Source of the DNA: Octopus sinensis
Lineage: Eukaryota
DNA: 64,000 nucleotides
Direction: 5' to 3'
NCBI RefSeq assembly: GCF_006345805.1
Contig: NC_042997.1
Span: 30,504,001-30,568,000, forward strand
Of the stretch, positions 36,231 through 48,785 are shown piece by piece (positions within the stretch are counted from its first letter, which is position 1; every line of letters begins with the position of its first letter). The notes beneath the pieces were generated by a model. The model worked only from the letters and a program-made list of their open reading frames with translations. It did no database searches and had not been told where the DNA came from. Both the position numbers and the translations under genes were made by a program.

Positions 36231-38266
36231 CTCTCGATGTTGAGTAATAACGCAATGAAGACATTTTCAGAAGCTTGGAATGTTTTTATTTGTTGACTGC
36301 AAACTAATGATTTCGTGACAACTACTCTATTTTACATATAACATCTTACAGAAGGCATCTTATTTTAGAAGGCATTAAATACAGTGTCTCACGCTGCCTC
36401 GGTGAATATTAGACATCAAAGAAACACGTAGATAATCGTGGCTTCTTGTCAAAAATAAAAGACATGTGTAGTCAATTTTATTTAATTAACAATACATCCT
36501 AATCAAATCTTTATATCAATATATGACTTACAGAGATGTACTTGCATAGCAAGTGGCCTGATCTGAGATCGTGTGCTGGAACGAAAGCAATTGCAGCGTA
36601 GAAGGTGTTTATAAGCCATTTAAGAAACTCACAAAACCCGTTAGATTCACTCCAACATTTAAATTTTGTGTGTTTCTTATATGACTTACAGTTCTTAAAC
36701 AATTTGGGGAATACACAGGCATGATAACAGTAAGTTAGCAATTTCGAAAAACGGCCCCACTCAGCTACAGTCCCAATCAAAATAACACATGCTCCCATAA
36801 TTCGGTTGTTTATATTCAGTCATTATTCAGACTATAATGCTGCTACTGTTTAGCCCAATATCATCCACGTTGGAGCACACTTTGATCAAAGATTTTCCAG
36901 CCATGACCATGTCGTCTTTTAATCATTCTTAGATACTCAGGCACAGAGCACGAGAAGCTATAATACTGAATGTCTTTCCCTTCTTCAGAGAACATATGAT
37001 AGGATTTGAAAAGACTTTACTGTCTTTTTAACAGGTAACAACTACACTGGTTCCTTGTTGATTCGATATTCAGAAGCTATATTTAACCTAGAGGTATAGC
37101 TGTATCAATTAGCGGTCAGATAAAACTTTTCAGTCTTTCTAGCTTTCTCTCTTCTTCATTAAATCTGTTGTGGTCAGATCAGGAGATGGATGGGTTCTGC
37201 CAGGTCTAAATGCATTAAGGACATGTCACAGCTGTTTCCGTACAACTTCATCAAAGTGTTGAAAGCACAAAGCAAAGCAGGGTATGCAGTAAGGTAATAT
37301 GAGGAATCTGATCTTTCTCAACTCAGAACTTTACCCGTAACCAATAGATGGATATTTATTAAGATGTACAACGTGGTTCAGTTGTTAATATACATAAATA
37401 TGAGGGCAGCGAGCTGGCAGATTGTTAATACGTCGAGCAAAATGCTTAGTGGCATTTAATCCCTCTTTATGTTCTAAGTTAAAATTCTTTGCCTTTCCTC
37501 CTTTCGAGGTCGATAAAATAAGTACCAATTTAGCACTGGGGGTCGATGTAACCACCTCGTCCTCTCTCCTTGATACTGCTGGCCTTGCGTGAAAATTTGA
37601 AATCAACTTACACAGCTATGTTTATCAATTGAAAGACTAAAACCTCAACCACAAGGAAAATTCAATGAGAAAGCCTCCACACAGTCGCTTAACGTTCTAG
37701 AAAAAGTAGCTAAATCACCCTCAGATCATACGCCGCCATCAAAAACGAGCTCCATAGTTTTTAATAGAGAAAAGAGATAGTCACAACCAGAATGTTTTTG
37801 ATCATAGAACCACTCAATCAGGAACAGGTTTAAATAATAACAACAACAACGACCAAATCCAGGTTTATTTAAACACATGATAAAGTATCTATTAACTATT
37901 TGCACTTGGGTACACTGTTGACTAATCGCCTTCATGGCTGTAGCAAAAGTAATGCATTATTGTATGCAGCGCAATACAATAGCCGCAGTTTTCTTTTTTA
38001 TACAAAATATGAATCAAATACAGTTCTATATTTAATAAATGAGGAATTATGTAAATAATGTACATAATGAGTCAAATACTTCACTATATAATTTTACAAT
38101 GTTATACAGTGCGTTTTATAGAGAGATAGATACGTACGTTTGTCTGTGTGTGTGTGTGTGTTTGGGAAATCCTTCAGCAATTGATCAATCTCAATACCAG
38201 TAAACCAAGTTGACATGAGAATGCAAGGAGGTCTTTCAAGTACTGTGCACTAAACGAATGAACAAG

Positions 38267-38320
<54 letters not shown>

Positions 38321-38325
<5 letters not shown>

Positions 38326-38503
38326 TAATCCAAACAAGAAAGCACAAAAAAAAACACAACAACGCGAGGACGTGGAACAAATATAGTATTATTGGACGCT
38401 CAGGAAAGAAGGAGGGTTTAACGTTTCGAGCGGAGCTCTTCGTCGGAAACATAGGAGAAGGAAAGATCCAGAGAAGGGAAGACAGAGGAAAAAAAGTCGC
38501 CAA
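38321..38503 (-). mobile_element. Short Penelope-like repeat with minimal hammerhead motif (second family)
   Basis: Abuts (TA)n. Minus strand GTTT-CCGACGA-A-GAGC-TCC-GCTC-GAAAC-GTT-AAAC at 38416-38450. Confidence 0.6.
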
Positions 38504-39019
38504 ATATATAATTTGAAATAAGCAGAAAATGGAGAAAACTTTTGATCAACAAAACAAACAAATTGACCAGCATTAGCTAATTATTTTTTTAATGCAAAAA
38601 ATAACATGTAACGTTTTGTATTAAAAAATAATTTTGCATTAAGGGAGTATTTGTACTGACCAGTACAGTAACTTAAGTACCGATGTCTCTATTCTATTAA
38701 TCAATGTGATAGATTAAATTATGAAATATACTGACATAGGATTTTCTTTTTTGGCCATGGTAGAACTGAACACTATTTTTGCACGTCGATGTTGGTCAAT
38801 TTGTTTTGTAAATCAAAAGTTTTCGCCATTTTCTCCTTATTTAAATTTGATTCCTGATAAACTTTTTTGTTTATTCTGTTATTACCTGTACCTTATGAGC
38901 ATAGTGCGCTTTCATACCCATGCCCAGGGTTAACATAGGTAAATGATAGCGGTAATAAGAACGGATATTCTTGTCCCTTAGTTATTCCAACCGCTAACTC
39001 TACTTACCTTATATCATAG

Positions 39020-39177
39020 TGATCCTCGTGACCGACCAGGCTATCAGATCGCTGGTCACAATGCGCTTCACAATGTTTTAGCTTTCAAATGACGCCACCG
39101 CGCTGGCTAAGCGAGCAGGTCAACAGAAGAAAGAGTGAGAGAAAGTTGTGGCGAAAGAGTATAGCAGGGATCGCCAA
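39020..39177 (-). mobile_element. SINE B'' 3' fragment
   Basis: Shares the alternative tail of 55871-56137. Confidence 0.7.
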
Positions 39178-39863
39178 AGAGATCTAATTGCTTTAATGTT
39201 CAATGATTAGCGATACGAATCAATAGGATTATTAACTCTATTAACATCGAAATGAGATTTGTGCAATATATTAATCTCACAAGGGCATAAGAAAGGATTA
39301 AGTTAACTAGCTACAAACAGGATTTGAATCGGAGCCGTGGACTTTGCTGCCATGCAGGATTCTCTCTGATGCTAATTACATAAACACACACACATATGCA
39401 CACTGTCATATGTGCATGTGTGTGCATGTGACTTATGTGTGTGTTTTTTATATTGTGTGTCGTTAGAGCATGAATAAAATATCTCGTTTCTTGTAATTCT
39501 TAACGTTCTTAGTTCAAACTCCACCCAACTAAACTTCGCTTTTCAACTTTATGGGGTCAATAAAGGCAAATACCATTTCATGGCTGTTATTTAGCAGAAT
39601 TCAAAGGACGAACGTTGGGCGACATGTCTTCCAGTATATTTTGGGGGGGTTCCGTGTGTTCTGAATCCAAATTCTCCCGTCCTGTCAAAACAAAAAAGCT
39701 GAGCTCTTTCGTATCCACAAGGCTCTTAAACAAGAACCGAAGTGTTTCAGCTGAGTCATCTCTATGCCAGAACATCGGCTGACAGGTGATAATGCAAGGC
39801 AACCTTTAACTTTCGTGTGTGTTTCTAGTATGCGTGCATGTATGTACGTATGTGTATAAAAAA

Positions 39864-40186
39864 GGAGCACTCCATCAGTTACGACGACGAGGGTCCCAGC
39901 TGATACGATCAACGGAACAGCCTGCTCATGAAATTAACGTGCAAGTGGCTGAGCAATCCACAGACACGTGTACCCCTAACGTAGTTCTCAGGGAGATTCA
40001 GAGTGACATAGAGTGTGACAAGGCTGATCCTTTGAAATACAGGTTCTATTCCTATTTGCCATCTGAGTGGACTGGTGCAACGTGAAATAAAGTGTCTTGC
40101 TCAAGGACACAGCGCGTCGCCGGGAATTGAACTTACGACCTTACAATCGTGAGCCGAATGCCCTAACCACTAAGCTACACGCCTTC
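39864..40186 (-). mobile_element. SINE family B'
   Basis: Reverse copy of 13149-13470. Confidence 0.85.
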
Positions 40187-40197
40187 ACGTATGTGTG

Positions 40198-40281
<84 letters not shown>

Positions 40282-40358
40282 TTAGCTAGATAGATAGATA
40301 GATAGATAGTTAGCTAGATAGATAGATAGTTAGCTAGATAGATAGATAGATAGTTAGC

Positions 40359-40425
<67 letters not shown>

Positions 40426-40430
40426 TTAGA
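40198..40430. repeat. (GATA)n microsatellite with gttagcta variants
   Basis: Direct read. Confidence 0.95.
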
Positions 40431-41217
40431 TCAGAGGCTACTCCACGTCATCAGTGTCACTCGGGCGCTTCACGGATTTCGAATAAGACACTCGAAGAAT
40501 TTCACGTTTTTCCGCTTTGTTTCTAGCCCCAAGTGGCTTATTTTTATATCTAGCACAATGTCTTTCTCCATTTCTAAGTTAAGGGTAAAAATAAAGCAAC
40601 CCTGCATAACACATCTGATCTTTACACAGACGCACAGAATAACGGCAATCAAATAACAACAGCGGAGTACACAACAAGCATCAGCGATCTCCCTGTCACC
40701 TGTACTCTTGACAAGAGATGCCAGTTAGTCTTTTGTACCTACCAGGCTCGTTCGTATTAGCCCGAGTTTCTGGGTAATTTTTCGTTCCTTCAAGAATATT
40801 TTAGAACGGAAACTTTTCATGGATTGGAATTTAAATCCTAATCTCTATAAAAATTTATTGTTTCAAGAAAACATTGAATTTGAATTACGTTTTTTACGAT
40901 TATAAATAACAACTCGGTCTGTAACTTCTGAGCCCAAGTTAGGCGTGTGTGAATGATGTCGAGATAACGTCTACTACGAATGATATTTTTTGACACAGGG
41001 CACCTCTAAGACGACCGCCAGACGCTGAACGAAAGTAAATTAACTGCGACCAGGCTCAATAAAGGGAGCCCGAGTTATTGGCTGCAATTACAGACTTGAA
41101 GTCAGTGTTGGTCGAAATTAAATCAGCTTGCAAATACACGTTCACTTTACTAAATTTATACTCGGGCTAAGCCCAAACAGCCTGAGTGCCAGAGTCACCA
41201 CTGGTATATATGTGTGT

Positions 41218-41251
<34 letters not shown>

Positions 41252-41286
41252 ACGTTTCGTTAAAACTTGACAATGTTCCAGCTATA

Positions 41287-41646
41287 TGGAAGCACTCCGT
41301 CGGTTACGACGACGAGGGTTCCGGTTGATCCGATCAACGGAACAGCCTGCTCGTGAAATTAACATGTAAGTGGCTGAGCACTCCACAGACACGTGTACCC
41401 TTAACGTAGTTCTCGGGGATATTCAGCGTGACACAGAGAGTGACAAGGCCGGCCCTTTGAAATACAGGTACAACAGAAACAGGAAGTAAGAGTGAGAGAA
41501 AGTTGTGGTGAAAGAGTACAGCAGGGATCACCACCATCCCCTGCCGGAGCCTCGTGGAGCTTTAGGTGTTTTCGCTCAATAAACACTCACAACGCCCGGT
41601 CTGGGAATCGAAACCGCGATCCTAACCACTGGGCCATTGCGCCTCC
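41287..41646 (-). mobile_element. SINE family B
   Basis: Near full-length, small deletion in the head. Confidence 0.9.
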
Positions 41647-41919
41647 GCTCCAGCTATATGTACACATTAAAAAAGATTTCTCGTATTTTTGTAACTGCTT
41701 CCTGCAGTTAGTTTAGAAAAATAAAATTTTAAATCCATATTCTACTATTTCAGAGCTTCACAAGCTCGTTTTCAAGAAACTGAATAGTTGTAATGTCTTG
41801 TTACTTCTTATATATATATATATTCGTAGCTACTCTAACATGGCTGTCCGTTCGAGCGGACTCTACTGCGATTTTTTAACCCCAAGAGGACATATATGTG
41901 TGTGTGTCTTTTACATGTT

Positions 41920-42225
41920 TGTCATCAGACTCCGGCCATGCTGGAGTACTGCCTTGAAGAACTTCAATCGAACGAATCGACCCCGGTTGTCAAGCGGAGC
42001 AGGAAACAAATAGTGACACACGCGCGCAAACTCCCGCACACACACACACACACATACACACACATCATATATATATATACGATGGTCTTTTTTCAGTTTC
42101 CTTCAACCAAGTTCACTCACGAGACTTTGGTCGATCCGAGTCTATGTAGGACGCACTTGTCCAAAGTGCCAAACAGTGGGACTGAACCCGGGACCACATG
42201 GCTGGCAAGCAAACTTCTTGCCACA
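41920..42225 (-). mobile_element. Diverged SINE family A copy
   Basis: Recognisable gcggccatgctggag.actgcc and gggactgaacccg motifs. Confidence 0.7.
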
Positions 42226-42354
42226 CACTCATATATATATATGTGTGTATGAAAGTGAAATATAATCTGCCCTACTTACATTGACTGACTGATTGCCTAA
42301 TTATATATTTTTATATAAAATTCATTCATAAACATAATTGTTGTCAATGTTGGT

Positions 42355-42647
42355 GGAGGTGCAATGGCCCAGTGGTTAGGGCAGCGGACTCGCGGTCATA
42401 GGATCGCGGTTTCGATTCCAAGACCGGGCGTTGTGAGTGTTTATTGAGCGAAAACACCTACGAGGCTCCGGCAGGGGATGGTGGTGATCCCTGCTGTACT
42501 CTTTCACCACAACTTTCCCTCACCTGTATTTCAAGGGGCCGGCCTTGTCACTCTCTGTGTCACGCTGAATATCCCCGAGAACTACGTTAAGGGTGCACGT
42601 ATCTGTGGAGTGCTCAGCCACTTACACGTAACCGACGGAGTGCTTCC
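42355..42647 (+). mobile_element. SINE family B with internal deletions
   Basis: Head intact, three deletions. Confidence 0.85.
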
Positions 42648-42741
42648 CCCCCTGTTGTCAATGTTAATCACGCTACTGTTATTAATTATCATATTTTGTT
42701 TTATTTAAGATTAATTCGTAATTACCTTATTGTGATTGCAG

Positions 42742-42913
42742 AGTGGAATTATCCAAACTTCCTTGGGTGACTTTATCATACAGCCATATCCGGACTCAAA
42801 AGAAGCAAGCTCTACAAAATATGGATTTACGAAAGGTGCGAAGGATAACAGAGTTCCGCTCATATTATACCGGATGTCATCTCTTCGTGATGTTTATCAT
42901 GACCTGACGAATG
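42742..42913 (+). CDS. ADAMTS-like metalloprotease exon 2 (propeptide)
   Basis: ttgcag|AGT, G|gtaaga. SGIIQTSLGDFIIQPYPDSKEASSTKYGFTKGAKDNRVPLILYRMSSLRDVYHDLTN continues the CGGL-xGxI motif. Phase 0 to 1. Confidence 0.88.
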
Positions 42914-43003
42914 GTAAGATTCTGGAGCGCTTATGCACGCACGCACAAGCGTAAATAATTAAATATAACTCTCTCTCTCCCTCTCTCTCTCCCTTCATAA
43001 ATA

Positions 43004-43370
43004 TCTATATATATATCAACGGCAAAATGTCTGTCTGTCTGTCTGTGTGTATCCTTTATACAAATCCACAATTTTTCAGTTAGAGGGCTCGCACTTTCTA
43101 TGGTCATTCAAAACTCTCCAAGGGTGGTCGTGCACATCTTTACATTTCCCCAGTCACCCCGCAAAGCCATTAAAAAATCAATAGAAATTACTTTTTTGTG
43201 AATTTTCTATCCAAAACCCAATCAAGATGCCCGAAACTTGATACGCCAATTGAATGCCAGCTAGCTGTATATGATTGGTCGGAGATTTGGACAGTACTCG
43301 CGTGTATGTGCGCACGCACGCAGCTGTATACGCATGCACTAGCACTATGACCCGGCGTTGCCGGGTCATA
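43004..43370 (+). mobile_element. Non-autonomous Helitron-like element
   Basis: A|TCtatatatatat...gtctgtctgtctg 5' end. A perfect hairpin + CTAG terminus is present but in minus orientation (43339-43370). Confidence 0.55.
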
Positions 43371-43615
43371 TATATAAGGGACTTCTTTCTTATTTTAGCT
43401 TGATAGGGTTTCCGGTTCAGTCGCCGACAGCCCGATCATGCGACATGTTGTACCGGGTTTCATGTTACAAATAGCACTAAGAATGACCTGCCACATTATA
43501 TACATGTATGCATACATACATATACGCACGCGCGTGCGTGTTTAATACAGGTAACAATGAATAAGAATACATGCATATTGATGGATAAGTGTATAACGAT
43601 ATATATGAATATAGT

Positions 43616-43838
43616 AAGGCGGCGAGGTGGCAGAAACGTTAGCACGCCGGGCGAAATGCGTAGCCGTATTTCGTCTGTCGTTACGTTCTGAGTTCAAATT
43701 CCGCCGAGGTCGACTTTGCCTTTCATCCTTTCGGGGTCGATAAATTAAGTACCAGTTACGCACTGGGGTCGATTTAATCGACTTAGTCCGTTTGTTTGTC
43801 CTCTCTATGTTTAGCCCCTTGTGGGTAATAAAGAAACA
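43616..43838 (+). mobile_element. SINE family C monomer
   Basis: Full copy, flanked by gatatatatgaat direct repeats. Confidence 0.9.
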
Positions 43839-44082
43839 GATATATATGAATTTACATAAACGCGCGTGTACATACATGTGCATATGCATATCTGCAAATA
43901 TATTTTACATGCATGTGTTAATCTGTTTCAACTTCTCTGTGCACACACACACATACACGAAGTGTTACATACAAGCCAGCGATTCATTAAAACTCCCACG
44001 ATACTTCCGTTACATATAAAAACAAAATGATATATTTGATGGCATAAAAGACGCGCAGCCATATTAGATGCATTTATATATA

Positions 44083-44223
44083 TAAGGTTGTCCCAAAAGT
44101 TCGTAGAAATTCTTGGAAAATAATGATATTTATTTTGAGGAATAATTTTTGTTGTTTTTGTTAGTACTTGGCGAGTAAAAATTCAATTTTCGCAAGTGTT
44201 TACGAACTTTTGGGACAACCTAA
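44083..44223. mobile_element. Mariner-type MITE (second copy)
   Basis: Same 141-bp element as 10600-10740. Confidence 0.9.
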
Positions 44224-44448
44224 CATAAAGCAACTTCACATATAAGACCCGGGGTAATTTTTTTTAATAAGACATTTTTTTAAAGAAACAAATGTGGGTC
44301 TTATATTCCATCAAATACAGTAATAATGTGAGTCTTATATGCCATCAAATACAGAAATAAATGTATTAGGTGTCCACCACCATGACCAACCTCGCTGTAG
44401 TTATTAAACAGAATGCTTTCTTTTTTTTTGTTTTTGTTTATATTTTAG

Positions 44449-44624
44449 ATTTCCATCATAAACATCAGCATCATAAAAGGCGCACGAGGCGTTCCAGTGG
44501 TCGCATCTACTATAACCCTAACAGACGCTACACTGTTGAGTTGTTTGTGGTCGTTGATAAAGAAGCTTTAGTGAAAATACAACACATCAACCCTACAACA
44601 TTTGTTTTGAATCTCTTTAATATG
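44449..44624 (+). CDS. ADAMTS-like metalloprotease exon 3 (furin site, start of catalytic domain)
   Basis: Long T tract + ttttag, ATG|gtaagt. (D)FHHKHQHHKRRTRRSSGRIYYNPNRRYTVELFVVVDKEALVKIQHINPTTFVLNLFNM. Phase 1 to 0. Confidence 0.92.
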
Positions 44625-45379
44625 GTAAGTATAAGGCTTCTTCTGAGACCACCATCTCTACTCTTTCTCTCTCTACCACTACACCTATTGTCCATCAAAT
44701 CCGACAACAGTGAGCTCACAGAATACCTATGTGGAGCTACAAGAAATAGGACCTAAATCTTCTCAAAAATCACACACAATCGTATTAGTAAAGAACGTTT
44801 TGGATAATATAACCTTGGATTCATTGAACATAGGGAAAAGACGGGATGGTCATGGTTTGAACGCATTTAATCAAAGATCTGCTTAATGAGGACTAATCTG
44901 GAGTTATACAGCAACAACAATCAACAAAGGAGCCAATAAAAGAGCTTCTACTTGGTCATTCGACCAGCTTGTTATAACAGCCAGATCATTTTTGTTAAGG
45001 GGAGTAAAAAGATATAAGGGATATTGTATTCCTAGATATGCTCCAAAAAACGTGGGATATTTATAGGTGAAATATCTTTGATCATAAAACAGCTCAATCA
45101 GACGAATTATGTTTTGAGTCAATGAAATATCCTCTGCCTCTGGTTTTCAGTCTTCTGTAGTTCAGTACTCCTGTTCACCGAATGACTTTTTGCAGGAATC
45201 CCTTCAAGAAAAAATGCAAGTAATAAACAGCTGGTTATTGTAATCAAATCGACGCTATTTTAGTACTGTGATTTACTACCCGCGTACCTATTTTATAATA
45301 TTTATATGGATTAGTACACCTATGTTAATTTTTTTTTTTTTTTTTTGGGAAAATTACAGATGGTGAGATTTTCTATAAT

Positions 45380-45790
45380 CATTTCAAATTAGGACCAAAG
45401 CCAGCAATTTTAGGGGAGAGAGTAAGTCGGTTAGATAAACCCAAGTGGCCATTTGATATTTTATTGACACCCCCACCCCCCACCCCACCCCCGAAAGGAT
45501 GAAAGGCAATGTCGACTTTGGCGGAATTTGAACTCAGAACGAAAAACCTGCTCACGATTATGCCAGCTTTACATAATCCTTTCTACTAAAGGGACAAAGC
45601 CTGAAATCTAGGGGAAGGGGACTAGTGGAATACGTTTACCTCAGTGTTTCACTGGTACTTAATTTATTGACCCCCAAAAGGATGAAAAGCAAAGTCGACT
45701 TCGGCAGAATTTGAACTCAGAACGTAGAGACGGTAGGCGTTTTACCCGGCGTGGTAACGATTCTGCCTGTTCGCCGTTTTAAGGCTTTAA
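45380..45790 (-). mobile_element. Two partial diverged SINE-C-related copies
   Basis: gaaaggatgaaaggcaa.gtcgact...gaatttgaactcagaacg repeated twice. Confidence 0.7.
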
Positions 45791-46266
45791 ATAATGAATT
45801 TACATTTGACCTTGACGTATCATTATTCATGCCTCTGCTTATTAATAATATGTTATATCACTCGTATTTTGTTCCCAACAAAGATTTTCTTTTAATGTGT
45901 TTAAAGTATAAATGTCGTACTTCATTCAAATATTTTATTTCTAAATAAACTCACAAGTCATTACACATTCAGTGCACTCCATAACGCCTCTTCAATATTT
46001 TCTGCCATCCCATCTTGTAAGCCCACAGCGGTTTTAGGGGGCGTTACCGCCCAGATTAAGAATCACTCTACATCAAAACATTTCCCATAGGTTCATTAAA
46101 TACGTACCGTAGACTATGAGCATCTCACCACCGCAATGACAGGGTATTTTGTATAACTTACTCGTTCATGCCTATGTAATATGCTTATATATGATAAGTG
46201 GAAGCCACTTTAGTAAATACAAGCATCAAGGTATTTCTGTATACGAAGGGATACTCTGGGGAAACC

Positions 46267-46485
46267 TATTTCTTTATTACCCACAAGGGGCTAAACATAG
46301 AGGGGACAAACAAGGACAGACATAGGTATTAAGCCGATTACATCGACCCCAGTGCGTAACTGGTACTTAATTTATCGACCCCGAAAGGATGAAAGGCAAA
46401 GTCGACCTCGGCGGAATTTGAACTCAGAACGTTGCGACAGACGAAATACCGCTAAGCATTTCGCATGGCGCGCTAACGTTTCTGC
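46267..46485 (-). mobile_element. SINE family C monomer (5' clipped)
   Basis: Clear core, tail and hairpin. Confidence 0.88.
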
Positions 46486-46821
46486 TATTTATTATATCGG
46501 TACTCTGTGGAAATGGATGAATGCCTCATTCTCTCTTGAGAATGTGTGAACTTTGATCAAGGTAAATAGAACGCGAATAGTTTGGCCAGACGTAAGAGCG
46601 CCTGACAACTAACCAAGGGATCAGCAATTCGCGCCCTACTCTCCTCATTGCATTTTTGTGTTCAAATAGCTACATATATTCAAATAGCTATATATAAATA
46701 AGTGCTGTAGAGCGGAAACAATTCACTGCTATAAGAAGTATTAAGACTGTAAATCTGTCAATTTTGTTATCTTGCTTGACTAGTACCGTTTTATTTGTCT
46801 TATATCTTGAACATTTTCCAG

Positions 46822-46905
46822 GTTGGCATGTATTATGCACAAAAGAGTCTCGGAATTCAAGTTCATATCGCTGTTACTGATATTTTATTTATGAGAAGAA
46901 ATGAG
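46822..46905 (+). CDS. ADAMTS-like metalloprotease exon 4
   Basis: ttttccag|GTT, GAG|gtaaga. 84 nt, VGMYYAQKSLGIQVHIAVTDILFMRRNE, matches the ADAMTS 'V..iy...slG..i.i.v..i' segment. Phase 0 to 0. Confidence 0.88.
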
Positions 46906-47373
46906 GTAAGATGTCTTTTTATCACTTTTTATCACTTTGGATATTAGATAAGAAAAATAAGAAATGCGAGTACAATCCTTCTTATAGCCTTGCTATATTA
47001 AATCTATTGAATCTTCAATGAATTACTGAAAGATTTTTTTTCAATAGTTAGACCAATCAAAATTTATATTCATAGGGCAATTAATCTTTATTGTATAAAC
47101 ATTTACTTCACTTAAGCTGCTAATAACTTCCGCTCTTGTAGTAGTTATCAACATCTATTTTTATACTCTATTTCTCACCTTCTAAAACAAAAGGTCTTGT
47201 ATGTCTATTTATCTCATTAGATGAGCACAATTTTCCATTAAAATAAAAACAAGCTATTTGAAAAATGAGCAACCGGTATCATTGTACATCGTCAAAAGAA
47301 ATTTCATCTCTTCAGAAAATTTCATTACGTAAAAATCGTATCAATCAAATAATTCTTTTCTCAATTCGAATCT

Positions 47374-47801
47374 CGGATCTTTTCGGTTTGAACGGTAGTT
47401 TTTTCTAGCGGTATTATATGAAATTGTCACCCATAATCATGACCCTAGTATCGATCTATTGCATTTCAATCTGTTTTAGGGTTAGTGTTAGTTAGGGTTA
47501 GGGGTGGGGGGATGGATATCTTTTTTTCTTCACAAATGTAAATAAACCCAATCTGTTTCTTAAACGAGGGACATATTCATAGAGCACAGAATGCTTTTTA
47601 CCTCAATACACATCAGTGATTGGTTGAAATCTCAGAAGTTGAAGAAAAAAACAACAAATATCTTACAAACTATAGAATTTTCTAAATAAAGCCAAGAGAA
47701 AAAGATGTTTTATAAACACATTCTACCAGTATACGAAGTTCAAAATTTTTTAGTTACCTAGAAATTATGTTAAAAACTGCCGTTCAAACCGAAAAGATCC
47801 C
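47374..47801. mobile_element. MITE with ~30-bp TIRs
   Basis: ggatcttttcggtttgaacggtagttttt versus aaaaactgccgttcaaaccgaaaagatcc. Internal ttagggttag motif. Confidence 0.8.
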
Positions 47802-48609
47802 GAATTTTCCATTATTAGAATATTTAAAAATATAAACCTGACACAAAGATCATATTAAACGAATTTTATATATAATTACAATTAATGGCAGTGTTAAAAT
47901 GAACCCGTGCAATTTGAACTCGCGACGTCGAACGTATGATTGAAAGTATATTTCATTCCGCCGTTTCTACCCTTCCTCGACCTACTAATATTTTAAAATT
48001 GGACATATTGTGGCCAATGTTTTTCCAAGTTGTTATGAATTGTAACAAATCATTGAATTATTCGTATTTACCCACCGAGGTTGGACTTTACCTTTTAACT
48101 TTTCGAAGTTGAAACACTACAGTACAGGTATTGAGGTGGAAGGTATGGACCACCGCGCTCCCCTAAAAATTGCTGGCCTTGTGCTTAAATTAGAAACCAA
48201 ACTAATAATAATTATGTGAACTACCTAATTTTTAACTTTTTTCAATCCACATCGCATCGTATTTTACAATCGCTAAGATTTTATTATATATAAAAACAAT
48301 TAGCAAGAATTATTTATACAGGCGCAAATTGTGTCTGTATAAATTTTCTTTGCATTTACCAATACACATAAACTGCAGAGATGAGACGTTAGCAATGCAA
48401 TTCATAGCAATACTTGTGCAGATAAATACTGATTTCATTTCCATTTCTGGAATGAAAACAACAACTGACTAAAATTTGTTGTGTCATTAACATTTTCTAC
48501 TCTATAGAAACATCATTTATTTCATATTACGTATTGTAAATAGAATACAATATACAGCCACATGTCAAAGCAAGAGAGAAAATTTATTTAAAATATATGT
48601 ATAAACGAA

Positions 48610-48785
48610 AAGTCTTGGGAAAATCGTGACTCATAATATCTCCTGTCCAACATCGGATAGTTGACATGCATTTCCTAAAGTTCTCTTCTAGTGTTTGAAG
48701 CTGCGACCTGTACTTGTTCTTAATCATGTTCATAGCAGACAGAAACCAGCTTCACAATGATATGCGGTTGAGAAAGGAAGATTGC
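48610..48785 (-). pseudogene. hAT transposase C-terminal (dimerisation domain) fragment
   Basis: Minus frames FSTAYHCEAGF / AMNMIKNKYRSQLQTLEENFRKCMSTIR match the PF.TTYLCE.GFS....K.K.R..L motif. Confidence 0.65.

Noticed and set aside
37130-37300. Possible Tc1/mariner fragment (HFDEVVRKQL*HVLN...PSPDLTTTD) on the minus strand
   Set aside because: Only a partial SPDL-like motif; insufficient support.
47504-47535. TTAGGG-like motifs as interstitial telomere
   Set aside because: Only two or three imperfect units, inside a MITE.
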